Shown here one piece after another: positions 12,130 through 23,793 of a stretch of DNA of 64,000 bases. Position numbers and translations under genes: made by a program. The stretch spans positions 5,755,220 to 5,819,219 of the forward strand of contig MU054323.1 in NCBI GenBank assembly GCA_013239625.1, read 5' to 3'. The stretch's first letter is position 1; every line of letters begins with the position of its first letter. The stretch comes from Lama guanicoe. Taxonomy: Eukaryota. Under the pieces are notes generated by a model, which was not told the DNA's origin, made no database searches, and was given only the letters and a program-made list of their open reading frames with translations.

Positions 12130-12310
12130 GCAATAGAAGTTCATTTTCTCATCGTATGCTGTAAATTACAGGCTGAAAAGGTGGGTCGCGTCTGGCTTCA
12201 GCCTATAAATAGCTGATCTTCCTTTGCTTCCTCGAAGGGGCCGTTCTCAACCGTGGCTTAGCTCAATGCATCCCCGGCAGAACGACAAAAACGCCGAAAC
12301 CAGAAATCAA
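12130..12310 (+). promoter_or_regulatory. Candidate regulatory element with MEF2/TATA motif
   Basis: CTATAAATAG at 12203-12212 is a perfect MEF2 consensus overlapping TATAAAT. CpGs are locally retained. Confidence 0.35.
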
Positions 12311-12704
12311 ATCTCCCTCCAGTGAGCCCAGGGGCAGAAACTGGGGTTCTTTCTGCCTCAGAATCAGAGAGGCCCCTGCCAGTGCACATATTTCTCTGTG
12401 CGGCAACATCTAGGTAAATCCACTCCCAGTCTCTCTTCATCTCTCTGACGCACCCCTTCTGCAAATAGCTCCCAGCACTGCCCCAGCATCTTGTAAAATA
12501 AAAATCAAAGCTGAGCAAATAATTTAAGACTCATGTTTAAACCTTTCCCAGGTTCCTGAATTCACTGCCTCTTAAAGTGAGAATGCCTTTGCCACAGGCT
12601 CCTGAGGCTGTTCGGGATGACAGCACACCCCCACCCCACGCCCACCGGAGAAGTATTTTGTTCAGCGTTTAAGGAGCTCCTCACAGGGCACAGGCAAGGG
12701 CAGT

Positions 12705-13075
12705 TTTTAATCAGTCATCAACATTATTTGTCACCAGCTGCACACCTGACATGAAACAGACGCAGGTGAAAGAGAAACATGAGTTTTGTCCTCAAGGAGC
12801 ACACAGTCAAATGGAGGAGGCACACCACGCTCTGTGAAACAACAGCGGGCAGGAGAAAACCGGGATTAGGCATTCAGTCTAGTGAACCAGATGGAAAACA
12901 CTGTAGGAGAGCAAGGACAACGGTCTATGGGGATGGAAGGCTTTCTGGTGGAGGTGAGGACTGAACTGGAGGCTCTGAGACACAAAGATTAAGGGGAGAC
13001 TCTAAAGCCAGGAGAACAGTGCAAGCCAAGGTAAGAAAGTCAGATAAAAATTATGTTTGGGAAGATGTGACCTGC
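12705..13075 (-). mobile_element. LINE-2 fragment
   Basis: 'tcagtcatcaacattatttg...tttgtcctcaaggagcacacagtc...ggaaggctttctggtggaggtg'. Confidence 0.65.
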
Positions 13076-13107
13076 ATGTGTCACAGGCAGAAAAAATGCA
13101 TGGTCTG

Positions 13108-13501
13108 TGTTAGGACTGAATTGTATTCCCCACCCCTAAAATTCGTATGTTGAAGTTCTAATCACTAGGACCTCAGAATGTGACTGCGTTGGAAATAAGA
13201 CCTTTGAAGAGGTGATGAGGGTAAAATGAAGTCATATGAGTGGGCCATCAACCAATAGCACTGATGCCTTGCTAAGAAGAGGATATCAGGACACAGAGGC
13301 ACAAGGGGAGGACCATGTGAGGGCTCAGAGAGGGGCAGCCACCTGCAAGCCAAGATGGGAGGCCTTAGAAGAAACCAGTCCTGCCCAGCCCTTGATTTTG
13401 GACTTCCAGGCTCCAGAACTGTGAGAAAATAAACTTCTGCCGTTTAAGCCCCCCATCTGTGGCACTAAAAGTTTGTTAGATGGCCCTAGCAAACCAATAC
13501 A
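13108..13501 (+). mobile_element. MaLR solo LTR (MLT1B-like)
   Basis: 'tgttaggactgaattgt...ctcagaatgtgact...ctccagaactgtgagaaaataaac...agcaaaccaataca'. 5-bp target-site duplication gtctg/gtcag. Confidence 0.93.
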
Positions 13502-14294
13502 GTCAGGTTCTCTTGGAGAGAGCTCTCTGGAAGCAGTTGGAAGCTGTCCCAAGAGTCCAGGCACAAGGCCACCTCAGCCTGATCCAAGGCAGAGGCTGGG
13601 AGAATGGATGGAAGGAATTAGAAGGGAATACAGACCAGCCTTGGCTGCTGGTTGCATGCATGGATGAAGGATGTCTTTAAAATCTGAGGAAGAAGGACTA
13701 CAGGCAAGCAGACTGCCATTTCAGTTCCCAGGGTGACCTTCTCCACAGAAACCCGGTGCCCTCTCCCTGCCCTTCCCCAACCCTGGTGTCTGAGTGGCAC
13801 CTTTAGGGTGCTGATGAGCTTAAACTCCAACACCCAGTGCTTCATGCTGACTTGAGCTTGGAGCATCGTGGTAGGAGAAAACCATAAATCTTAACTTGAA
13901 CCAGCTCCAGCACCCTCCTGACCAGTTCGTAGTTGGAGCCAGGTGGGCCGTCAGGGAAGAAATCCCTCCCGGGGCTGCCAATCGTTAAGAGACTCTAGCA
14001 AGCAAAGTGTCTGTCTCATCACTCAGTCCCTGGGGATTCCAGACTCTTCTGAGAATCTCAGCTGCCATCACTGACAACCTCAAACCCCAGACACCACAGC
14101 TCGTGCTGGAAGAAGGGAATCAGGACCTGTGTACTGCAAGTCCTCGGGGACATCCTGACCTCAAGGCACCTAATGAGCTTGGGTGAAGGATGGCACGTAC
14201 TCCCCCTGCACAGGCACTGAGGGCTCTTTGTACATCGACGTATCTAATTATTCAGATGCGTGATGTGTAAACTGGATCCCCAGTGCAGCACCCC

Positions 14295-14915
14295 TATGCA
14301 CCCCCCAGGAGAGCTACAATGAAAATCACAAGTGTTGACGTGGACATGGGGCAGCTGAAGATCCCCGTCACTGCGAGTTGTACAACCACTGTGGTAAACT
14401 GTTCAGTAGGATCTACCGACAGGGAACATGCATACACCTCGTAGCCCAGCCATTCCACTCCTAGGTACAGGAACACGTCTGTATGTGCCCCAAAGATGTG
14501 TACAGTCACAGCACGGCCGTCCCAGAACCCTCCCAAATTAAACGGGAGTGAGTAAGTGCAAGGACACACAGCAGTGTGGAGGAGTCTCACAAACATGCCA
14601 GGAGAAGGAAACAGCACAGAAGACCACATACTGCACAATCCCATCAACGCCAAGGTCACAAACGGGCACAGCCAACCAACCTAAGGAGTTAGAAGTCAGG
14701 TTGGTGGCTACCCTTGGGGTGGGGACTGGCGTATCCTCTCCTGCTCTGCGGAAGCACGAGGGAGGTTTCTGAGATAGGGGTGACGATCAGTTTCTTGAAC
14801 TTGGTGCTGGTTTTATGGGTGTGTTCGCTCTGTGAAAAATTCAGTCTGCCAAACAGTTACATGTGTGCCATTTTCTGTATGTATGTTATGTTCGATTAAA
14901 AGTTTTTTTAAAAGA
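14295..14915 (+). mobile_element. Old L1 3' region (L1ME-like)
   Basis: 'acaaccactgtggtaaactgt...cattccactcctaggta...gttagaagtcagg...gtatgtatgttatgttcgattaaaag'. Confidence 0.75.
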
Positions 14916-14924
14916 TTAAAGCCC

Positions 14925-15200
14925 CATATGGTAGGAAAATGACTCTTTGCGTTGAGGAAAACAAGGCACAGAGGACTTAAGTAACTCTCCCAGGGACAGA
15001 TGGCCAGCACGAGTCAGAGCCAGGACTTGAAGCCAAGTCGTCTGGCTCTAGCGTCTAGACAATCCACCACTCCTCCGTGCCTCCCTTTAGGAGAAGAGCG
15101 GGTCTTAGCACGTGTCCTGAATTGACTGTCTTGTGTAAACCCTATAGAACCCTAAACATGGTGCTTGGTACTTGACAGGTGTCCAGTATATGTCATGTGG
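14925..15200. mobile_element. MIR (minus) followed by an L2 3' remnant
   Basis: 'gaggaaaacaaggcacagaggacttaagtaactctcccaggg...caggacttgaagccaagtc', then 'cctaaacatggtgcttggtacttgacagg'. Confidence 0.65.
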
Positions 15201-16859
15201 ATATAAATAAGTGGAAACCACTTCCAGCTCGTAACATGATTTCCACAAGCCACAGCATGACCTCTCCATAAGAGCCAGACAATAAGGACAGATGACTAAA
15301 GTTAACTTCATACCATGGACAACAGAAATGATCCTTTAGATCCAGAAGCCATTTCTCACCCACTCCCTTCTCATCCTTCGTAAAGACCTCACAGAATGGA
15401 CTAGTCCAGGCTTGGATTTCCTCTGGGTTGAACATCAACTGTTTTGGCAACAACTGATGATGGGTTCTCCTTCCAGGCACCTTGGAAAACCTATTGGATC
15501 CTGGCATCTAGAGAGATGTTACAAGGCTTCGGGCACCAACTCACAGGTCAGGAGGCTGTGTGAAGGATTTAGAACACAGAGTATGAGATGTAAAACCAGT
15601 GGAGATCAAGCTGGACAAACTTTTCTCTAGAGAAGGGCTGCTGCCTGACCGCAGTCCATTCACTCATGCATGCATTCATTCAACAAGCAAACTTTTCTGC
15701 CCAAAGGCCCCCCACCCACCCCTACTCCTCTACCCCAACCTGCTCCAGGCCTCACGCTTGCTCATTCCATAGGAATCAAGGGAAACCAGGATACGGAGGG
15801 CACCTATGTGCAGACAGCTGAGGTTCCAGCCTCAACGCACTGTTCGTCAGAGAGTGCTGGAACCCCAGACCTCCCTGCTGGCCGCCAGCCTGCTTACTTC
15901 ACATCTCCACGCAGAGCCTGCCACGGCACCTCCCACTTGGCTCCCCTGCTTCCTCCTCTTCCGTGACTGATGTGATTTTTGCAGTGTTGGACTTGGATTT
16001 CAACTGAGAGGCTGATGTTGACCACTGCAGGGCTCCAAGAACCCATCTCTGCCTCCAGCTCATTGCCCCCTCGCCCCTTCCTAGAAGCCAAGCCCTTGCT
16101 CTTTGGGTTCCCAAGGCCTGGGGCCGGCCTTTCACTAGCTTTCCCATGCCCTGGCAAGGCTGCACACGTGGACACAGTCCTGACAAACGCAGAACATCTG
16201 GGCAGCCTGTCTCCCCACACCCACTATCCCAGGGGAGAAAAAATCGTGCCTGTCAGAAATGTGATAGAACTGTCAAAAGTACATCAAAACAGCTATATAC
16301 ATTGTGATCTCTAAGTCACAGTTCCATTTGTTCCATGACAGTGTAAAAATAACGAAATTTCCATCAAGATGGAAAATAAAAACAAGAAATCACTTCAATG
16401 GTATTTGAAAACAATGTCTAAACAGAAGTCCCTTTTTCCCTCCCTGGCAGTCTCTCCTTGGTAGCCTCTGTCAGTTACATCGCTCCCTCGCATCCTCCCT
16501 CTCAACACGGCCCTTCCTTCTTGTCTCATCTTCTCCTTTCTCTCCTACCTGGGCCTCTTCCCCACCCCTGGCTCAGACGGAGAGCAAGAGATCACAAGCA
16601 CCTGGATCTGAGGACAGGTCCGGACAGTGCCCCCGGGTGGCTCCCAGCTCAGCGCGAATTCACAAGACACCAACCCAGGAAGCTACCTAGGCCCTCCAAC
16701 CGCAGGATTTACGTATTTAAGTTGGCCTGAGTGAAGACTAGGGGTGGAGGTGCTCGTCTAGGAGGCTCCAGGAGAAAATTCCCCAGGGCTAGTGACTCCA
16801 TTCTCAGTGCTGTTACAGCACGGATCATCTTGGGTTGCCTGTTCTCCAATTAAGCCTCA

Positions 16860-17250
16860 AAATACGCGAAGGCAAGAGACCACGATCCTTTGCCTCCCCA
16901 CCCCCAGCCCCAGACCAATTTCTGCCCCAGAGGAGGAGGGAGCTGAAGAAATATTTATGGAATGACTAAACAAATGAATAAAGGCTCGCACGAATGCATG
17001 AATGTCTAGATCACAGGGAAAAAGTGATTATAATATTTATTTTTACCAAATGCTTGTTTATATCAAAATAACATGCACCTAGTCTAAATAAAAGTCACAT
17101 AGAGCTAACATTTAAAAGGGAGGCGGAAACCTCCTTCCGTCTCTCCCCTCATCCACCAGTCCTGATCTCAAGCGACAACACTCTCATATCTTCTGCCTCT
17201 TTGTTCTGATATGTACCTTCACATGTCTTGATTTACCACTTTGTTAGAGC
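16860..17250. mobile_element. L2 3' end followed by an antisense L1ME-like remnant
   Basis: 'aaatatttatggaatgactaaacaaatgaat', then 'aaaataacatgcac...aaaagtcacatagagc'. Confidence 0.5.
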
Positions 17251-17847
17251 GCAGGAAAAAGACGCCTTGTGGTGTTTACAGCAAACTCCGACAGAGGAAT
17301 CCCAGCCTGGTGCCCTGGAGTTCTGGAGCAAGGCCGTGCCCTCTGTAACAGAGAACTATACACCGCTCAAAAAGGAGCTTCCGGCAGAATCCTGGGCCCT
17401 AGCAGAAATAAAGAATCTGATCCTGGGGCATCAAGAAGACCGTGTGTGCAGAATTACCCACCATAGACTGGTTCCGTCAGATCCATCAAGTCATAAGAGA
17501 GCCCAGCAATAATCCTTATTAAGATCAGGGCTCTGCATTTGGGGCAGGGCACAAACAGAGCCATAGGGCACTAGTAAGCTGCAGGAGCAGATAGCTCAAA
17601 CTACAGCTGTCCACTCTTATTGACCGGCACCTCTCTACCAACCCATATCTGTGGCAGCAGGAGGGATCCCTTAGGACTGCTGATGGAGGCAGAAAAAAGC
17701 TGAGCCCTGTTTAGCGATGGGTAGCTTACTGTGTGGGTGCCAGCCAAACACGGACTGCAGCTGCACTACAGCCTCACTCAGCCATCCTCACCCAGAACCC
17801 ACCTCTCCCTGGCTCCACAAATGTTGGATGATGGAAAATGAGTACAA

Positions 17848-18652
17848 ATTTTTTTTACTTATGGTAGAACACATAAAACATAAAAGTTACAATTTTGACC
17901 ATTTTGAAGTATAGAGTTCAATGACATTAAGTACATTTACATTGCTGTGAAACCATCACCATCTATATCCAGAACATTCTTCATCTTGTCAAACTGAAAC
18001 TTGGTACCCAATTAATACTAACTCCCTACTTCCCCCTCCTGTGGTCCCTGGCAGCCACCATTCTACTCTCTGTCTCTATTAATGTGACAACTCTAGGTAC
18101 CTTGTATTAGTGGAATCATACAGTATTTTTCCTTTGGTGACTGGCTAATTTCACTTAGTATAATGTCTTCGTCAAGATTCATCAGTGGTGTACCATGTGT
18201 CAGACTATCCTTTTTTAAGGCTGAATAATGTTCCAATATATGTATGTGCTACATTTTGTTTATCAATTCATCTTCAAAGGGTGCTTGGGTTTCTTCCACC
18301 TTTCAGCTATTGTGAATAACACTGTCATTACATGGGTGTATAAATATCTGTGAAAGTCTCTGTTTTCAAGTCTTTTAGGTATATACCCAGATGTAGAATT
18401 GCTGGATCATATGGTAATTCTACTTTTACTTTTATGAGGAACTTCCATACCATTTTCCAGAGTGGCTACACCATTTTTAGCACCGGCAGTGCATAAGGGT
18501 ACCAATTTCTCCACATTGTCACCAACACTCTGTTTTTGTTTTTATAATAGCTACCCTAATGTGTTTGACATGATACCTCACTGTGGTTTTGATTTGCAAT
18601 TCCCTAATGATTAGCCATGTGGAGCATCTTTTCATGTGTTTATTGGCCAAAT
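17848..18652 (-). mobile_element. L1 3' region (L1MB-like)
   Basis: 'accattttgaagtatagagttca...ccctggcagccaccattctact...gaattgctggatcatatggtaattcta...gtggagcatcttttcatgtg'. Confidence 0.92.
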
Positions 18653-19384
18653 ATCCTTTTAGTTATCAGAAAGACTCAAGTTCACCAAATAATGACCAAA
18701 GAGCCCCATTTCCATTTCAGAGTGCTCTGTGCAGGCAGCCACAATGCATTCACCTTGGAAAATAAACAAGGATGTATTTTATTAACCATTAATTCATATT
18801 ATCAAGAGGAAAAGATTTTTCATCCTCAATCCTAGGAGGCCTTGATTGGTGAAGGCTGATTTAATAGTGCAATTAGATGAGAAAACTTAAGCTCAGCAAA
18901 GATGGCCTGACACTTTTCCTGAACCTTCTAAAAACTAAAATGGAGTACTGATTTACCCAAAGGAGGCAAAAAATCTTAACCCTACATATGCTGCAGACAA
19001 AACATGCCCAGCAAACCATTTGAATCTATCTCTACATTCTTATGGTCTTGAGACTGCCGCTTTGCAGGCTCAAAATGATGTCAGTGTGAAGACCAATTTC
19101 TCATATGGGGAAATAAATATAAATGGGGTCAGAAGAGAGGCATGAGCAAGGGTTTATATGCAATAGACTCTTCAGTCTCCTCTCCACTCCAGGCAAAAGC
19201 AACCCTCTCCCTTCCTACCAGAAGCTCGGCACAAAAACTCCTTCCCGCTTCCTCACACTCAACCTCAAACCACTCCCACCGGCCAATGGACTCCACTGTT
19301 GGCATATACTGTCCTCCCTTCCTGTTCCCTCAGCCTTGTACCCTCTCCTCACCTCACATTTAAAGGGATACCATTATGTTTCCA

Positions 19385-19793
19385 AAGTAGAAACTGGCTA
19401 AATATTCACCAATCTCATTTCCCCTTTCTAGACCCACAGGAAGACTACATTTCCCAGACTTCCTTGCAGTTCCATGGTGGCCAGGTGATATGGGCTGTGG
19501 GCAGAAATCATACATAGGATTTTCAGTCTCAGCCATAAAACTCCAACAACTGTCCACATTCTCCTTTCCCCTTCCACAGTAACCACGAAGGCCACATATT
19601 GAGAACAGCAGCATGTTGAGATAGAAGTCTGAGTACCTTGGTCATCCCTTGAGGCAGAGCTCCCAGAAGAGCCTTTCCACTCACATCAAAGAGTGAAGCA
19701 AAGAGAAAAATAGACCTTTTTTAGGTCAAGTCACTGAAACTTGAGGGTTAGTAATATCACCACAGCATAGCATAGCCTATCCCGACCAATACA
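19385..19793 (+). mobile_element. Old MaLR LTR (MLT1H/I-like)
   Basis: 'actacatttcccagacttccttgcagtt...aagtcactgaaacttgaggg...cacagcatagcatagcctatcccgaccaataca'. Confidence 0.75.
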
Positions 19794-19959
19794 GAACTTT
19801 CCATCTTTTCATAAATCTAGTCACCAATGAAAATTCCATCTCAACAGACTTTGGATATTGGTTAGTTAAACTAAGGAGGACTCCAAGAGCATATGAAGTT
19901 CTACTGTAAAGCTAGACTTCACTGAACACCCTCCTGGCCTAACCCCTAAATGTGAACAC

Positions 19960-20300
19960 TGAAAGTTGAACTGATAGGAGCAGAGAGTAGAGTTGTGGTT
20001 GCCAGAGGTTGTAGGGTAGGAAAAGGGAGAAATGGTGGTCAAAGAGTATGAACTTTCAGTTATAAGATGAATAAGTTTTGGGGACCTAATGTATAATCTG
20101 GTAACTATTTTAATAATACTGTATTATATATTTGAAGTTTGCTAAGAGAATAGATCTGAAGTGTTCTCACCACATAGACACAAAAAAATGTAACGAGGTG
20201 AAGTGATGGATGTGTTAAAATCAGATTGATTGTGGCTATCATTTCACAGTGTATATGTTTATAAAAACATCACGTCATACACCTTAAATATATACCACTT
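19960..20300 (+). mobile_element. L1 3' end (L1MA8/9-like)
   Basis: 'gcagagagtagagttgtggttgccagagg...ctttcagttataagatgaataagtt...tttgctaagagaatagatct...tacaccttaaatatatac'. Confidence 0.9.
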
Positions 20301-20759
20301 ACCAAAAGGTGGTCCATGATAACCAAAGAATACAAATGTTTTATTTTATGTTTAGTGACATTTTAGCCATTGAATTGGACATGCTCAATTCTTTACCTAG
20401 AAAAAAAATATGTTAATACTATCATGTACACCATGACATAGAAAATATGCACCCCTTGATTTCACCATAAGAATGGTTGCTGCAACCTGTCTCCGTATGA
20501 ATGTGTCTCCCTGACTGATGTTAAAATCAATCAGTCCCCATGGAAATTCGACCGGTCAGAACTGGGTGGTCATGAACTGCTCACACTCAGAGTCTGTGCC
20601 CACCCTCATTTTCAGAATGCAATAGCTTAGCTAGAGCATTAATTAATGACACACGTTGTAAGTAGCAAAAATCAATTGAAAAATTACCTATAATTTGTGG
20701 CTAATAATCAAATGAAATGCATCACAAAAATGCCAAGAGCATTTGAAATACCACAATGA

Positions 20760-22572
20760 GCCCAGAAACTTGGGTTCAGACAGAGGAGCTTCAGAAGGGA
20801 GAGAGGAGTGTGGTCCAGAGCAGTCAGGGACAATGACACAGAGAAAGCCAGCTTAGCTGGCACAGGGTCAGACAGCAGAACGAGTGGCATGCCACAAAAA
20901 CAAAAAATATAAATATATGTTGTCCCCTTAGTGGTCGGACAGGGCAGCAGATGGTAACGCTCAAGGTATCAGAAGCTGGAAAGCAGAAGACCCATGTTAT
21001 GTGATGGCAAAGCATTCAAGACTGTCACTTGCTATTATTGGGAGGCAGACAAATCACCTACTCAGCTACAGCTTAGAGGGAATGGTTGGAAAGAGCTAGA
21101 ATGCTACTGTGTCTTGGTTGCTTCTCCCAGCATTTTACAAGGTGTAACAAAAAGATGTGCACTCAGAAGAAACACTGGCTGATTCGCAAGCAAAAAATGA
21201 AAGGGGATAGAGACAATTCAGATAATAGGGCCCACCTGCTACACCACCAGACAGTAAAAGAAAAGACTGCCACCTGCTACACCCCTAAACAGAAAAGACT
21301 GAAAAGTTCTTTGGGCAACTAAGTCCGTGAAGATTTCTCAGTGAAGCAGGAGGACTCAATCCTGCAGCAAAGAGTAAGTGCAGGATTCCCACCCAGGCCT
21401 ATTGGTTGAGACGATCTCAAGACAGCTGCCATCCTGCTGAGACAGAAGAATGAAGAAAAATAAGAAATCAGGCTGGCTTAATAATTGTATCTAGGAAAGA
21501 ACTCTGGGTGAAGTTATGGACACATGCAACTGTAAACAGCAAGTCCATCAGAAGCCTGTTAAATTCTTGACAAAACTGTATTACCAAAGAAACATAATCC
21601 TGGACTTTTATAAAAAGCTTGTGTTTGTTAAACAATTCCCAAGCCCCTTCAACTTGCACCATGAAGATGCAAGTAAGGAGGGAACACTCCCCCAGTGTCC
21701 ACTCAGATGTGTTCAGATAAAGGGTGATGGACAAAGAAATACCTTCCAGAAAATGGAAACCATGGGATGAGTGGACAAGAGTTTCTCCCCGAATGCAGAA
21801 TCAGGGCTCATCAAGGGACACCCCCCCCAACAGCTGCACAGGAGTTCTCACCATAGGCCAGTGTCTGCTGTCTTCCATTCCTCCCTCTTGTGACTGGGAG
21901 GGCTCACTGTGCTGATGCTGTCTCTGCTCCACCATTTACATGAGTAGCTAGAAGGAGGGGGCAGAGGGCATGTCTTTTGGTTCATTGGTTGCTAGGGCAC
22001 AATGAGCCATATCCAGACCTGCTGGTTTAAATCCCACAAACTTGAGCTGGATGCATGAATTTAACTTTGGGGAGAAGTGAGGACATTCAAAGTGTGAGAA
22101 GGAGGGTGTGCATTGGGTTTTTGGTATCCTGGGGACAGACAGTGACAGTGACAACTAGCTGTCCACCAGTTCATGTTGCCCCTTCCATCGTGTGGAGCTG
22201 TCTCTGGGAGGCCACTGTGAAGCCGGGGACTGCATTTCCCAGCTCTTCCCTTGCATTTAGGTGTGTCCCTACTCTTCCCAAAGGAATGTGCATGATAAAG
22301 ATAAATAGCGCTTTCAAGCTGGAGTGTTTTCATCTTCACTCTTCTTTTCCCTTTCTCCCTGCTGGAAGCAGAAGACTCTGAAGTCTTAGGCAGTGGTAGA
22401 GTCTAACGACAGAAAATGGCTGGATTCCTGAACCACCATTTGGAAAAAGATCACCTGCCAACTGCATCCCAGGTGTAACTATTACACAAGGGAGGGAATA
22501 AACCTTTATTGTGTTAAGCCTTTGAAATATAGATGGTACATGTCGAGAGCCAGAGTTATCCTAACTAATATA
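20760..22572 (+). mobile_element. MaLR internal sequence plus 3' LTR (about 22141-22572, MLT1F/G/H-like)
   Basis: Internal-like 'gaaagaactctgggtgaagttatggacacatg'. The LTR begins after 'ggggacagac' and ends 'aataaacctttattgtgttaagcc...cctaactaatata'. Confidence 0.7.
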
Positions 22573-23340
22573 TTAGTAAGCTATTTGAATAGTGTTCTCT
22601 CATTTCTGTGTTTAGGCATATTTTCAAATGTTAGAATTTTTGCCAATGCACTTAAAGGGAATACATTCCATGCAAATTGTCACACTACTCATTTCAGCAC
22701 CGTGTCACTGCCTAAGTGGGATGATTTACTTGATCTATTACATATGAAGGAGGCAAAGTACTTGGCTTTTGCAATGAACATGTGATTGCCCTATGGCATG
22801 GATGTGTCATGATGCCATCATTCTTGCAACATATTCTATCATCTCTATACTGTGTCACCCATTCCATTCAGCTCAACATTCCAGTCCAAGCCCTACCAGA
22901 GTGGGTTGTTTTAAAAAAGTTCACCTTATGCACTGCTCAATATTCTGGCTACTCATCTGTAAGGGTTCATAAGTCTCTCTTTAGGGTACTAGGGCATACT
23001 GGTTGAGGACCACCGGTTCAAAGGTTGAAAATACCCAAGCATCCTTCATGAGTTTCTCCGAGTCCAAAGAGACAGGGTATCCGGGAGTAATTTCAGCTAG
23101 GGTAACTCTAGCTTTCACTCACACAGGAAAGTATTTCTGCGAAAGTCAAATTTGACTTGATGGCTCAAAGTCAACGGGGCCTGAAGTTTCTGTTTCTATT
23201 TCAGAGTGTTTGGTATCTTTCAGATTGGGGAGGGGGAATTCACTGACTACGACAGTGAATATGAAACAGCTGGTGTGAACCAGACTGTAGCCAATGGTGG
23301 TGCAAGCACAGAATCCACAAACATCTAAAGATGAATAAAA
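22573..23340 (+). pseudogene. Decayed coding-like block: ERV pol/env remnant, or a relic two-exon fragment
   Basis: One frame gives IALWHGCVMMPSFLQHILSSLYCVTHS, resembling the LW..(D)G..V.P...Q..IL..LH..TH region just before retroviral integrase. It lies directly 5' of an LTR. Splice-like signals are also present (see findings). Confidence 0.35.
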
Positions 23341-23489
23341 ATAATTAATGCTTCAATAACTCAATACACACATGCTAAGAATCAAAACATCCACACAATT
23401 CTGCCAACATTAACTTGACTTCACTTTTCTAGGAGAATCTTGCTCAGGAAGGTATGAGTTGTTCAAAACTCAACTCTTAAATAGAAAGC

Positions 23490-23793
23490 ATCACACAGCA
23501 CTTTATCCCCCAAGACCCTTTGAACCCATCTCTCAAACTCGTCACCTTGGTGTGTCCACCAATCCTAAACCATTAAATCATGATTCTTACCTGGTCCTTA
23601 TCAAGCTTCTGCCTTCAAAGGTCCACCTCAAACCAGACTTGAAATTCTCAGTAAATATTCCAACTTTGCTCTTGCCCCAGTGAGATGCAACTAGACTCAA
23701 GCTGGTGCCCTCCTACCACAGTGAGCAATAAACTCAGCTTCCTTCACTTACCTACAGGTTGTCGTGGTGATCTTCTGGGATCCAGCATTTGGC
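23490..23793 (+). mobile_element. ERV LTR remnant (family not resolved)
   Basis: 'cacagtgagcaataaactcagctt...caggttgtcgtggtgatc...ccagcatttggca': AATAAA, a GT-rich U5-like stretch and a CA end. Confidence 0.6.
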
